From the IMG/VR virus record IMGVR_UViG_3300022752_000023, positions 64,001-128,000 of that record: 64,000 nt of DNA; one strand, given 5' to 3'. The notes beneath the pieces were generated by a model. The model saw only the letters and a program-made list of their open reading frames with translations, did no database searches and was not told the origin of the DNA. Numbering within the stretch: the stretch's first letter is position 1; each line of letters starts with the position of its first letter. The stretch is from a virus. The translations under genes were made by a program, and so were the position numbers. Positions 28,546-38,704 of the stretch are shown one piece after another.

Positions 28546-30744
28546 TTAACACGGCGCCTCTGTTTTACCTTCAGCGTTGCAGTGCAATGTTTGCGTGACT
28601 TCGGCAATTGCTGGTAGCGGCGGCAAACCGTCATCTAGGTTATTTCCGCAGTTTGTTAAGATCGGTTGCGCTGTGCTTAAATATGTGCCGGTCAGCGTAC
28701 CGGTGATCACGTATGGCCCGCGTGCGCGCGTACTTTCGGCTTCTGGATTATTCGGGTCATACTGGTTGAATTTAACACGAAACTGTACGTACGCGGAGTC
28801 GCCGGGTTTTAGTTGCGGCAACGCGGCCGAGTATTGAAAACCGCCGCCAGCCACTGAAATACCGACTGCGTTACCGCGTATTCCCGGCGCATACATAGTC
28901 GTGTAGCCGCATTCCAGTTCCGGCCTAACCGCGACAGATGTTTGCGTCTCTGGATCTGACAGCACCAGATCGCCGCTCACTGACAGGTTTAGTGTTAACC
29001 GTGTGGGTTCAACGCATTTGTCACATGGGTTACACAGCATCATGACGATGTCCAAATAAGGACACCGCTGCGGTACCATGATTAAACGTAGCGGGCGTTG
29101 AATGCTGCACGCACGCTGATCAAGCCAGCGCGCGATGTTGTTTTCATGCTCGGTTCGCACCTTCTCGGCGCGCTGGCCGATGAGTTTGTACCTGTAACTT
29201 GTTTCGTTCATGTATTTTGCCGTGTTGGCGTAGTCGTCGCAGCCGCAACACGGGACACAGTCGGCGCCAATTTGTTGTTGCGCCGTTGTTGACGGGTTAA
29301 CCGGGTGCGGCGCGGCTAGCCCGACAGTAACAGGCCGCCTAACCCATAAACAATCCGTCGCGCCGAATCTAAAATCTCCGTTTGTTCCCGCGACGCCGTT
29401 GATTTTTGTAATCGGGACGGCTGCGCCTTCTGGGCAGGCGCCGTAGCGGCCAAGTCCTGTGCCGGCTACTGCGCTAAAATTTACGCGGGTGATGTTTCGG
29501 AAATTTTTTGTTTCTGCCGGCGCGGCGACGATTTCGGTGTTGTACCCGTTTTCAAACTTAAACGCGCCAGCGTACCGCGGCGATGTTGTCTGCCCGTTGC
29601 GAACGCGCATAGACAATAGCCGCCGCGGCATCTTGTACACAGCGCGCTCGTCAATTTTGGCGTTCAACGGCGTCAGATACAAATCGTAAGTTTTTTCTGT
29701 GTCGTCATCAATGAACCCGTTGTCTGCGTCCGGCCACTTCTTGTGCGCGATTAATCGACATGTAGCGTTTTTCATGCGCCACTCAACCGCTGTATAAATT
29801 GTGTCCGAATCAAAAATCGCGCATGACGTCTCATTTTCTGCGGCAGTCGTGTCCACAATTACGCAGTTGTCTGCGTCCACCACGACGATATCAGCTTGAT
29901 GCGCTGGCGTAGGAAAATTTGCGTCTGGTGTGTTTTCGTTGCAACCAAAACCGTACAAGTATTTTATGCGCAATGGGTGTTTGGCTTTTTTTACGCTGTT
30001 GTCGTACTCGCCTTTGTCGTCATAGCTTAAATGAAAATCGGCGATTAAATAACTGATGTCATCTGACGGATTTACCAGCGGGTAATCAACACCGCTCTGC
30101 GGTTGCACAACGCCGACCCCGCGGCGGCTGCGAGCGTCAAATGCAAACTGGTTGTACGCGTTGATTGCGGTTTTTAGCGCAAGTTCAGCTGCAACAATCG
30201 CGGCTATGCGTATAGGTAACAACGCGGTATGCGTATTGATATCGTTTATTATGTAACCGCGCTCATTTTGTGCAGCAGCTATTTTTGCATATTGGGCCTG
30301 TATTGCATCAAGCAACCATTGCGGCGGCGAGTCCCCTTGTTCTTGCATACTCGTGACGCTATCGAGCAGGGCTTGTAGTTGCACTAACAGCGCTGCAATA
30401 AAAATGTCGATAAGCGTTAACCGAATATTTAATGCTTCTATTGCTTTTTCGCTTATTTCTTTTTCGGCTATAGCGAAATCGTATTCAAGTTGCCGAATAG
30501 TCTTGATGACCACAAAACGGCGCAATTGCTTGCAGTATCGTTCAAAAGCGTAAAGAAGCGGTGCACCGACTTCCAGCGCCGCAAGCCTGTTTGTTAGCGC
30601 GAGCAACTCGTCGTTTAACTGCGCAATTTCTTCCGCGCGTAATGCGTTTTGTTGCTCGCGTGCGAGTATTTCTTGCTCTAACGCCGGCACCGCGGCATTA
30701 CCGGCGAGATATTCATTCGTATATTGATGCGTAAACGCGCTCAT
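28546..30744 (-). CDS. virion structural protein, YP/ING paralogue with N-terminal coiled coil
   Basis: DYPL, ITKINGV, PCCGC motifs. Confidence 0.75.
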   Translation of the reverse strand: MSAFTHQYTNEYLAGNAAVPALEQEILAREQQNALRAEEIAQLNDELLALTNRLAALEVGAPLLYAFERYCKQLRRFVVIKTIRQLEYDFAIAEKEISEKAIEALNIRLTLIDIFIAALLVQLQALLDSVTSMQEQGDSPPQWLLDAIQAQYAKIAAAQNERGYIINDINTHTALLPIRIAAIVAAELALKTAINAYNQFAFDARSRRGVGVVQPQSGVDYPLVNPSDDISYLIADFHLSYDDKGEYDNSVKKAKHPLRIKYLYGFGCNENTPDANFPTPAHQADIVVVDADNCVIVDTTAAENETSCAIFDSDTIYTAVEWRMKNATCRLIAHKKWPDADNGFIDDDTEKTYDLYLTPLNAKIDERAVYKMPRRLLSMRVRNGQTTSPRYAGAFKFENGYNTEIVAAPAETKNFRNITRVNFSAVAGTGLGRYGACPEGAAVPITKINGVAGTNGDFRFGATDCLWVRRPVTVGLAAPHPVNPSTTAQQQIGADCVPCCGCDDYANTAKYMNETSYRYKLIGQRAEKVRTEHENNIARWLDQRACSIQRPLRLIMVPQRCPYLDIVMMLCNPCDKCVEPTRLTLNLSVSGDLVLSDPETQTSVAVRPELECGYTTMYAPGIRGNAVGISVAGGGFQYSAALPQLKPGDSAYVQFRVKFNQYDPNNPEAESTRARGPYVITGTLTGTYLSTAQPILTNCGNNLDDGLPPLPAIAEVTQTLHCNAEGKTEAPC

Positions 30745-30818
30745 GGTTTTGCCGTAAAATAAATTGCATTCATACTGCGCGTGCTTGCATAATCCGCAAA
30801 ATTATTACGCGGCGCGGA

Positions 30819-31760
30819 TTACAACGTTGAGCAGCCGGAGTCGCCGAGCTGGCTGCCCAAGACGACCAGACTCATTTGCGTGACCTCAGATCCGAGTCGC
30901 GTAATAAAGTTTTGCAACGTTGTAACGCCGTCGCCAAATCTGTTGATTTGATTAACAATGGCGTCTAGCTCGGTGCACCCGCAGCACGGTTGCGCGCACG
31001 TGTCTGCAAATTTCAGCCCGTTGCTCATGGGCGTAATTTGAATACAGTCATCAGGCGCAATTATGAAGTTACCGTCTGTGCTGCATACGCCGTTAATGCA
31101 CCGGATGCACGAACCAATTTCAGGTGTTTCGCAGTAGCATTCTTCGTTTAGGTTGGTGCCGGAAATTGCGTCAAAAATAATTTCTGTTTCAGTGGCAAAC
31201 GCTACTGCCGTGATTCGAACATTATTTCCGGCCACGAGCGTCACGTCGCCGTATATGGGCGCGCTAAGTTCGCCGTTGTTGGATACGCGCAGCCGGGTTA
31301 CCGCGCGCAACATCGGGCGAATCGCGTCCGGTTCGAGTTCGCCGGCGGCAAAAGAAAATTCGTATTGTCCGGGCGGCAGCTGATCGATTTCGTCGAGCGC
31401 GCCGAGAACGACGCGCCCGACACAGTCATCAAAATTGTCGACACCGCCCAACGCGTATGATCGGTTGGGTTGATAGTTACTGCGAATAATATTCGCTACA
31501 GCGACGTCAACTTCTGTTCCGTTGTCATCGTAGCCGACTGTGATATTAAAACCTGTCGGGGCAATGAGCAGATTTTTGATGAAAAATTTGTTGGGCGCAA
31601 AAGCCAGCCCCGAATGGATGGGTAGATACAGCGCAACGATAAAACTATCGGGCAACCGGATTGTTCCGGTTGTATCTGTTTTTGTGGCGCGCTCGGTAAG
31701 CGGGTAAGACCGCTGTGAGTTGTGGTTGAGCCACTGTAGGTTCCAGTTTCCAATCGGCAT
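30819..31760 (-). CDS. virion structural protein, YP/ING paralogue
   Basis: WLNHNSQRSYPL, IRCINGV, PCCGCTEL. Confidence 0.75.
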   Translation of the reverse strand: MPIGNWNLQWLNHNSQRSYPLTERATKTDTTGTIRLPDSFIVALYLPIHSGLAFAPNKFFIKNLLIAPTGFNITVGYDDNGTEVDVAVANIIRSNYQPNRSYALGGVDNFDDCVGRVVLGALDEIDQLPPGQYEFSFAAGELEPDAIRPMLRAVTRLRVSNNGELSAPIYGDVTLVAGNNVRITAVAFATETEIIFDAISGTNLNEECYCETPEIGSCIRCINGVCSTDGNFIIAPDDCIQITPMSNGLKFADTCAQPCCGCTELDAIVNQINRFGDGVTTLQNFITRLGSEVTQMSLVVLGSQLGDSGCSTL

Positions 31761-31772
31761 GGCGGCTCACCT

Positions 31773-33623
31773 TTATGTGTCGCTATAGACGATTCCGGTG
31801 ACGCGCAGTACGCCGATTTCTCCGTAAACGTTGTCTTCCGTACGCCCTATGGTGACGAGCACAGTGTCGCCTTCGTCCACAGAAAACTCATCGCTGTCGC
31901 GTTGAATTACGTGGTCAATATAGAGGTTTGCGGAAGAATCAAAAATAAGTGGCGCGTCTGTCGTCGCCAGCGCGATACCGTCAGCGCCTGTTCCCGGCAA
32001 CGGTAATGTTCGGCGCGTCATATACAACGACGGCATAACTTTTCGTTGCAGCTGAGTTCCGTCGCGGCCAAACAGTTGCACGCGGATTTTCATTTTCAGG
32101 TTATCGCCGAGGTTGCTGCCCGGCACGTTAAAACGCAGACGAAGCAGCGACGCCTGATTGCCGGGGAAACCAAGATACGGAATATCCATGTATAGCCGCT
32201 CAATCGTATCGCTTAGCCGAATGATTTGCGGCGAAATTTCGCGCTCCACCAATTGATCGGTGTAATCGATTTTGAGAATACCCTGATGCAGCGTGATCGG
32301 GTTTGCTGTAGTTAAATTGAATTGTTGTTTTTCTTCTGTTGTCAGCGTACGTGGATTGCTGCGCGACCCGGTTATTGCGATTTGATTTGATAAGGTGAAC
32401 GCGCCTTCTGTCACCCAGCCGCGGCGCAGCTGGTGACGATTAATGACGCCTTTCAATGCTTGTCCGCCAGTAACCTCTGCGGCGGCAATCTGCAGATCTA
32501 GATTTAACTGTAGGTCGCCGGTAGATGCGGGATCGTCGGCGCAGTTTGTAATTGCGATTGGGCTGGTGACGTTTGTGGCAGTCGGTGTCGGCTGCGTTTC
32601 CGTTGTTGTGCCGTCGACATCTTTTACAAGGCTGGTCACCAGACTTCTGTCGTTGCCGACGAGCATGCGCAGGTACACTACCGATACGCGCATTTTTTCG
32701 TATCGCGGACATTCGTCGGTTTCGTTGGGATGTTCTGTCGGCGTTGTAAACGGAACGTCGCCGCCGCAATCGCTCATCCACCAAATTCCATTGGTGTCAC
32801 AGATTGCAAGCCCCGTCGGCCCCAGCGGTATTTCTGTGGCGCCGACGTGATTTACACCCTTGTCCCAGAGCATCGCTACCGACTGAATAGGTAGCGGCGG
32901 CCACACATTAGAGAGCGCCGAGTGCTGACTTAAGTTGTAACCAAACACGGCTCCCGCGGGAGCCTTGCCTGCAAACACGCTATTGTTGGCCGGCAGCCAA
33001 CCGGGATCGTTTTGCGTTGCGGCAAGCAGCGTTACCAGATCAAATCGATAGTGCGTGTGCTCGTCGATAAAGTCGCGCAGGTGCGGCATAACTACGACGC
33101 GCGGAACTGCTGTGCAGCTATCTTTCGGCCCCTGCACGTGGCAGACTGTCACAGTTACCGGCGGCTTTTGTTTTACTAGTTTGCCGGCGTCGCTTGCTGA
33201 CAGGTAATAGCGCCCCGGCGTAATCGGCCCGTCTACCGCGTTGGCAAGATCGGGAATTTCAACAATGCCGCGCAGCACGATGTCGCCGAGCGTTTCAGAA
33301 CGCTTGCGCAGGCAGATACCTACGCAATCCGACGACGGCTGCACCAGCAATGCTTGCGTCTCTGGATCTGCAGCAACGGACGCGAGCGCCGGTTCGTAGC
33401 GCTTTTCAACCCAATTCCAGTACACCGGTTGTCCCGGCAAAACTGAACTGCAAATAGTTGCGTCGCTATCAACGAGAACACGACCTGCGTCGGCGGCATC
33501 GAGCCGGTCTTTTAAGTAATCTGTGCGGTCTTCAAGCGTGCGGTCTGGGCGTGAAACGACACCAGCCTGTACAGGCTCGCCGGGATTGACGTGTTTAATG
33601 TTGTGCAGCCAGTTACCGGACAT
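31773..33623 (-). CDS. baseplate/tail fibre attachment-like protein
   Basis: RPDRTLEDRTDYLKDRL N-terminal motif, PGRYYLS..AGKL; follows baseplate genes. Confidence 0.7.
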   Translation of the reverse strand: MSGNWLHNIKHVNPGEPVQAGVVSRPDRTLEDRTDYLKDRLDAADAGRVLVDSDATICSSVLPGQPVYWNWVEKRYEPALASVAADPETQALLVQPSSDCVGICLRKRSETLGDIVLRGIVEIPDLANAVDGPITPGRYYLSASDAGKLVKQKPPVTVTVCHVQGPKDSCTAVPRVVVMPHLRDFIDEHTHYRFDLVTLLAATQNDPGWLPANNSVFAGKAPAGAVFGYNLSQHSALSNVWPPLPIQSVAMLWDKGVNHVGATEIPLGPTGLAICDTNGIWWMSDCGGDVPFTTPTEHPNETDECPRYEKMRVSVVYLRMLVGNDRSLVTSLVKDVDGTTTETQPTPTATNVTSPIAITNCADDPASTGDLQLNLDLQIAAAEVTGGQALKGVINRHQLRRGWVTEGAFTLSNQIAITGSRSNPRTLTTEEKQQFNLTTANPITLHQGILKIDYTDQLVEREISPQIIRLSDTIERLYMDIPYLGFPGNQASLLRLRFNVPGSNLGDNLKMKIRVQLFGRDGTQLQRKVMPSLYMTRRTLPLPGTGADGIALATTDAPLIFDSSANLYIDHVIQRDSDEFSVDEGDTVLVTIGRTEDNVYGEIGVLRVTGIVYSDT

Positions 33624-33631
33624 CCTTGTCC
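33618..33631 (-). promoter_or_regulatory. CsrA consensus hairpin overlapping the start codon
   Basis: GGAC-AAGGAU-GUCC contains ACAAGGAUGU; its AUG is the start codon. Confidence 0.65.
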
Positions 33632-33647
33632 TCCGGCAGTTAGTTGA

Positions 33648-34280
33648 TTACAGGAACGCGACATCCCACGTGATGCCGATTTGAGATGACGCTTCCTTGG
33701 TCACCTGATGCGAACTGTCGAATACAGTACGCGCAAATATCACGTCTTTCGAGCGATCGTTGAGTGCCGGGGCAGCAACAAGCGCGGCAGCATATACACG
33801 ACTGTTGTTGGAGCTATTGAATTGTTTTTCTTCGCCGGTATACACAACGCGCGCTTCCGAAGTTTGCGCGAAAAACGTCAACTGGTTGCCGGATTGATTG
33901 ACCGGCAAATTTGCTTCATAACCCGTTGAAACACTAAGCGCCGGCTCAATGCTCAACGGTACGCGGATAAAATTGCGCGTGGCGGAATCTATCAACGAGT
34001 TGTAGTACGTGATATCGACGTTACGACCAAAACTCGGCGTAGAAATTTCTAACGATGGGTCGAGATTTTCGTACTCGATGTACATTGCCGAAATGTGGTA
34101 ATCGAGCCGGTCCGGCTGCCGCCGATAGCCAAGTTGTTTGGCCGCGATAAATCCCCAGCCATATTGAATTTGATTTGACTGCGAAAACAACGGCAGCTTG
34201 AGGCCGGTTTTTTCGTCAACGCGCCAAACTGAAACGTGGCCGCGTACGCCAAAAGCGGGGGTAATGTTATCAGCAGCCAT
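33648..34280 (-). CDS. baseplate / tail-collar-like protein
   Basis: IFART....K......ITWDVAF C-terminus typical of collar/wedge proteins; synteny. Confidence 0.65.
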   Translation of the reverse strand: MAADNITPAFGVRGHVSVWRVDEKTGLKLPLFSQSNQIQYGWGFIAAKQLGYRRQPDRLDYHISAMYIEYENLDPSLEISTPSFGRNVDITYYNSLIDSATRNFIRVPLSIEPALSVSTGYEANLPVNQSGNQLTFFAQTSEARVVYTGEEKQFNSSNNSRVYAAALVAAPALNDRSKDVIFARTVFDSSHQVTKEASSQIGITWDVAFL

Positions 34281-34289
34281 GTGTTGTCC

Positions 34290-36011
34290 TTATTGGCAGG
34301 TACCGGACACGAGTCTGGCGGTGGCGCCCAAATCATGCACCAAAGACACCGGTACGTCGTCGTTTGCTGGGTTCATTCCTGTAAAGCGCGTTACGGCCTC
34401 AAAAACGGCGTCCGCTGGCGTTATCTTATCTTTATCGGCCGCCAGCTCGAAAATAACAATCATTGCCGTTTGCGGTGGTAATAACTGGCGTAGATGCCTA
34501 ATATTGTACAGTCCCAGATGATTTAGCCCTAGCGCGCTTACCGAAATTCTGACTACAAATACGTTGTTTCGCAGTACATTTTCAACGAGAAAACGCAACG
34601 GGTTAATTGTCTTCGGTAAATGGGCGGCGGTAGGTTCTGTGGCGGCGTTAACGCGTTTATCGAGTAACTGCGCCAACGTGCCGATTTTGAGCCGCGGGGC
34701 GCATTCCGGCTGCGCTTTGCGAAACTCCGCTGCCTGCACGCCGCGTTCGTGAATCTCGTCAAAAAACCGCTGCACGTCTGCCGGGTAACCACCTACGCGA
34801 AATTTTACATACGTGTAACCGGTGTCGTGCGCAGTGTTTACTTCGAGCGGTACATTTTGATTTTCAAAGACAAGATCGCCATAAAAGCACGACGCGAGAA
34901 ACCCGCTGTCAAGCGCTAACGCCACAATAGTACGACGAGCGGGTCGGCAATCATCTGCGTTTGGATCGAGCAGTAATTCGTCTTCTGTTTCGGTCGCTAG
35001 CGGTTCCCACGCGTTGCTGGTCAAAATATTGTTTAGCGGCGGACAGCAGATAACTTCGCCCTGCGTTTCGCGCGCGTATGTGTTGCCAACAAAGAATTCG
35101 TATACATCTATGCCGTGGACTAACGGCGTGCCGGCGTGGATTGTTTGACCCACCTCCACGCGCGGAACCGCGTTTTCTGCAAAACGGTAAACCGCTTTGT
35201 CTGTCACGACAAGCAGGCCGCGGGCGTCGTCGTCAACAAGCTCGACAGTTTCTACCGGCCCAATGCTAACCGGTACGCCACAGATAGCCGCAATAGCAGC
35301 ATCAAGCATTGCAGCGGTAGCCCCACCCTCAACGAGACCAGAAATAATAGCGTTCGTTAGATCTTTGTATGCCTGACTTGTGCGTAGCTTTATTCCGACC
35401 GCGTAAGCAAACTGATTGAACACTGTGTTGTAATCAAACTGCCCGCAGAACCCCCACAGCGTCATCTCTTCGTCGTCGGCGTTGTCGGGTGCCGGTCGTT
35501 TTGTGAACACTGGGTTTTCAAATGGATCTTTAGCGAAAACAATTGCGCCGCGCGTTGTGTCGATCAGGAAATCCGCGTTTTTGATCAGTACGCCCGTGGG
35601 ATACGTAATACGGTTAAACAACTGCATAACGTCGGTCAAATCGGCTGGCAGCGGAAACGAGAAAAAAGTTGTCGTTGGCGGCACGTCAAACCGCAGGCCA
35701 GAATCAAACGCCGCCAAGTTGCGATCAAACTGCGTAATCGTCGTGCGCGCTGTATTCCGCTCGGATTTCTTTAACACAACCGGTGTCAGCGTTTCAGTGT
35801 GTAGCAACGGCACGTCAAAGCGACTTAACGCCTCAATAGTTTCAATGAGGTTTTGATACGTTTGATTTACAATCTGCGCGGTTGCAATTGTGTACGAGTG
35901 CACCTGATCTACGCCAGTGTATGTACGCGCCCAGAAACTACCCAACGCCGCAATCAGGTTTCGACTGCGGTCGAAATCAGACCCCGGGTACACGAATTCT
36001 GGTTTGTTCAT
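34290..36011 (-). CDS. baseplate wedge-like protein
   Basis: 573 aa directly downstream of the baseplate J-like gene. Confidence 0.65.
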   Translation of the reverse strand: MNKPEFVYPGSDFDRSRNLIAALGSFWARTYTGVDQVHSYTIATAQIVNQTYQNLIETIEALSRFDVPLLHTETLTPVVLKKSERNTARTTITQFDRNLAAFDSGLRFDVPPTTTFFSFPLPADLTDVMQLFNRITYPTGVLIKNADFLIDTTRGAIVFAKDPFENPVFTKRPAPDNADDEEMTLWGFCGQFDYNTVFNQFAYAVGIKLRTSQAYKDLTNAIISGLVEGGATAAMLDAAIAAICGVPVSIGPVETVELVDDDARGLLVVTDKAVYRFAENAVPRVEVGQTIHAGTPLVHGIDVYEFFVGNTYARETQGEVICCPPLNNILTSNAWEPLATETEDELLLDPNADDCRPARRTIVALALDSGFLASCFYGDLVFENQNVPLEVNTAHDTGYTYVKFRVGGYPADVQRFFDEIHERGVQAAEFRKAQPECAPRLKIGTLAQLLDKRVNAATEPTAAHLPKTINPLRFLVENVLRNNVFVVRISVSALGLNHLGLYNIRHLRQLLPPQTAMIVIFELAADKDKITPADAVFEAVTRFTGMNPANDDVPVSLVHDLGATARLVSGTCQ

Positions 36012-36013
36012 GG

Positions 36014-37735
36014 TCAGTTAGCCCAGCCAGCAGAGACAACAGACACCGACACGTCTTGAGGCCCCGTTAAAAACACAGTCGTTCGGCCGGTGACTAAGCG
36101 TGCTGCGTCCGTTGGTAGTTTCAAAATTGTGTTGTCACGTACATATGTGATGCTGCCGTCAGGGCGCCTAATGCGGCCAAACATATCAATACCGCCAAGC
36201 GCTTGCTGGCTCGACAGGTGTTTGTGCGCCGCGTTACTGATAACCGACGCATGCAGCTGGCCGGAGAAACCGACGCCAGCAACGGCAGCGCTGACGCTCT
36301 TTTGAATGGCTTCAATATCGGGCGTAGCGGCGGCGGGGCTTTTACGGATCTCAAACGAAATTTTTGTGAAACACGGTACGGCGGCTTTTATAAGCACGTC
36401 GGTGGCGCGCGGGCGAGTGTCGCGTCCGGCAAAATAATCTTGCAGCTCGCCGATCAGAGGCATGCCCGTTGTGGTGACGGCGTACCATTTTTTTGTCTGG
36501 TTTGGAATTAACGCAGCCGCGGGCTGAATGTCGGTGTTCACAAAACGAATAATCGCCGCCTGATATCGTGTATACGCGCTTTCGTGGAGATACAGCACAT
36601 CGGGCACGAAGTCCAGCTCTAAAAAATCAGCTGTTCGTGTATCTTGCAGCACAGAGTAATTTGCTTGCGGCGCGCCGGCTAGCGCCGGATCTACAACTCG
36701 TGTAACCTCATAAAATCCGGGTGCCGTGTTTCGACCAATTGACACTTGCCATACCGTGCCAGTGGGTGTACCGCCTACCAGCGTCTGTTCGTCGCAGTTC
36801 CCGGTCTGGTTTGTCGGCGGTGTGTACGGACCAACGTACGTTGCCTCTAGCAAATGCTCAATTTCTTGTGCGTACGTGTTAGTCTGTGCGTAAATGTCAA
36901 CTTTTCCACCACTGGAGATTGGAAACAGAGAGTGCTGATCGCGCTGCTGTTCGGCGTCGCCGCACCCTAGTACAGACAAGTGCTTCGTGTTTTTAAAGAC
37001 TGGTTGCGCCATGACAGCGGCAACATAACTGGCGCGGCTTCCAACAGTCTTAGCCGCTAACCCTGTTACCAGCCGCGCTAAATACTCTTCGTTGGTGGCC
37101 GGGTCTCGGCCGTCGATAAAATCTGTAGCGGCAAAAGCAGCTGCCACATTATTTAAAAGATTGTCAGGAATCATATTGACGCCGCGCTTGATGTTACCCG
37201 CTGCGCCAATCGAAAGCGCTACGACGTTAATCGTGGCCGCAAAAGTGCCGTCACCGACAGGGATCATTTTGCGTTGATTCGCGTCGGTCAGTACGTCAGT
37301 AGTTGTTGTAGGCAATACAAGAAAAGACCCGGTCGGCACAAAAATAGTTTCGGCGTCTTCGGCCGTAAATCGCACATTGTCAGGAATCTCAGTGCGCACG
37401 TCCGAATTGAAAATTAACGTAATTGATCCGACCGCGGGCGTGCCGTTGTCGCGTGACACATTAAAATTGGACAACACTTGATCGACAATCTCTGGGTCGG
37501 CGAGCGTCGGGTCTTGTGTGATTTTTAATAAGCTGTTGCTTTGCTGGACGCGTGCGATATTTTCTTGAATAGCGGCGTTTAACAAACCGTCAAAATACAG
37601 CACAAGGTCGTGGAATACGCCGCGTGTTAGCTCAACCTCTGGGTGGCGCTCCGCCATAAGCTGCGACAACGTCGCAACCATTTCTTGCACCTTAGTCGGG
37701 CTAAGCTGCGTTAAACTAGTTATTTCAATCGGCAT
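36014..37735 (-). CDS. baseplate J-like protein
   Basis: V.A...GAAGNI, F.DGRDPATNEEY..RL, GGKVDIY motifs. Confidence 0.85.
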   Translation of the reverse strand: MPIEITSLTQLSPTKVQEMVATLSQLMAERHPEVELTRGVFHDLVLYFDGLLNAAIQENIARVQQSNSLLKITQDPTLADPEIVDQVLSNFNVSRDNGTPAVGSITLIFNSDVRTEIPDNVRFTAEDAETIFVPTGSFLVLPTTTTDVLTDANQRKMIPVGDGTFAATINVVALSIGAAGNIKRGVNMIPDNLLNNVAAAFAATDFIDGRDPATNEEYLARLVTGLAAKTVGSRASYVAAVMAQPVFKNTKHLSVLGCGDAEQQRDQHSLFPISSGGKVDIYAQTNTYAQEIEHLLEATYVGPYTPPTNQTGNCDEQTLVGGTPTGTVWQVSIGRNTAPGFYEVTRVVDPALAGAPQANYSVLQDTRTADFLELDFVPDVLYLHESAYTRYQAAIIRFVNTDIQPAAALIPNQTKKWYAVTTTGMPLIGELQDYFAGRDTRPRATDVLIKAAVPCFTKISFEIRKSPAAATPDIEAIQKSVSAAVAGVGFSGQLHASVISNAAHKHLSSQQALGGIDMFGRIRRPDGSITYVRDNTILKLPTDAARLVTGRTTVFLTGPQDVSVSVVSAGWAN

Positions 37736-37736
37736 A

Positions 37737-38210
37737 TTACACCTGTGGCAGCGTGGCTACCGGTAAAATCACAACCCGCTCGTCGCCGGCGATGCTTGTA
37801 ATCATAACACGCATGTTTAAATATCCCGGCAGGATTGCAACAGATAATAATTCTGCGTCATCAAACCGCTCGTCGTCCGGCATTCCTTCGTATTCTTCGT
37901 TTTGCAGTGTGACGCGTAATCGTAGATTCGCGGCGTAAAAATTCTGGGTAACATCGAGCTGGTTGCGCATTTGTCCTTGCCGGACCAGCGTCATGAAGTC
38001 GGTGCCGCGGTTTGGTAGCCCGGGCATTGAGCCGATCTCTGTCAAAAACTCTAGCGCCCAGCGTTGCGCTAGTTTTTGAATGCCGACACAAATAAGCCCA
38101 CTGTTGTCTTCGTCATATAAAACGAGACCGAGTTTGTTGTCGCGCGCAGTGTTGACGTTCTGTAGCGCGAGATAGTCATATTTGCGGTTTGCAAAGTCAG
38201 CTAAACTCAT
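37737..38210 (-). CDS. baseplate wedge subunit, gp25/W-like
   Basis: GIQKLAQRW...FLTEIGS....PNRGT.F; directly upstream of J-like gene. Confidence 0.75.
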   Translation of the reverse strand: MSLADFANRKYDYLALQNVNTARDNKLGLVLYDEDNSGLICVGIQKLAQRWALEFLTEIGSMPGLPNRGTDFMTLVRQGQMRNQLDVTQNFYAANLRLRVTLQNEEYEGMPDDERFDDAELLSVAILPGYLNMRVMITSIAGDERVVILPVATLPQV

Positions 38211-38212
38211 TG

Positions 38213-38695
38213 TTAACCTCCGGCCGCCCCGGCATCGATATGCGTCTGTACGTTGTCTTTGAAGAACGAAAACACGCTGACTTTCGCCTTACCGTGCCCG
38301 TTTAGGCGTCCGTGCATGAACGACATACACCGCGCGTAGCTTGCATGTCGCGTCCGCCACGCGCGCTCTTCTACGGCCATAAAGTCTGCTTGCCATTTCA
38401 TCGCTATTAAATCGCCAGTTGTGCCGCCCTGCTTCTCTGGTCCGGCAAGCACAGAGTCCGAGTAAATCTGATTAATGTTGTTGCGGTCCCAGCTCGGAAA
38501 ACTCATGCCGGGAACGTCAAGCAGTTCTTTTGTTTTGATCTCGTCTGGTGTGTGCCAAGGACGCCAATCCGTCATGTAGTTTTTGAAGACTTCAGCCATT
38601 TTCTTGGCGCGTTCTTCCAGCTGGTCGATACGGGCTTGAAACTTTCCGTCGACCTGCCCCTTTTTTGCGCCGAGGCCGGGTTTTTCTTCTGCCAT
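38213..38695 (-). CDS. hypothetical protein
   Basis: AAGGAG SD; 160 aa. Confidence 0.75.
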   Translation of the reverse strand: MAEEKPGLGAKKGQVDGKFQARIDQLEERAKKMAEVFKNYMTDWRPWHTPDEIKTKELLDVPGMSFPSWDRNNINQIYSDSVLAGPEKQGGTTGDLIAMKWQADFMAVEERAWRTRHASYARCMSFMHGRLNGHGKAKVSVFSFFKDNVQTHIDAGAAGG

Positions 38696-38704
38696 GACCG
38701 CTCC

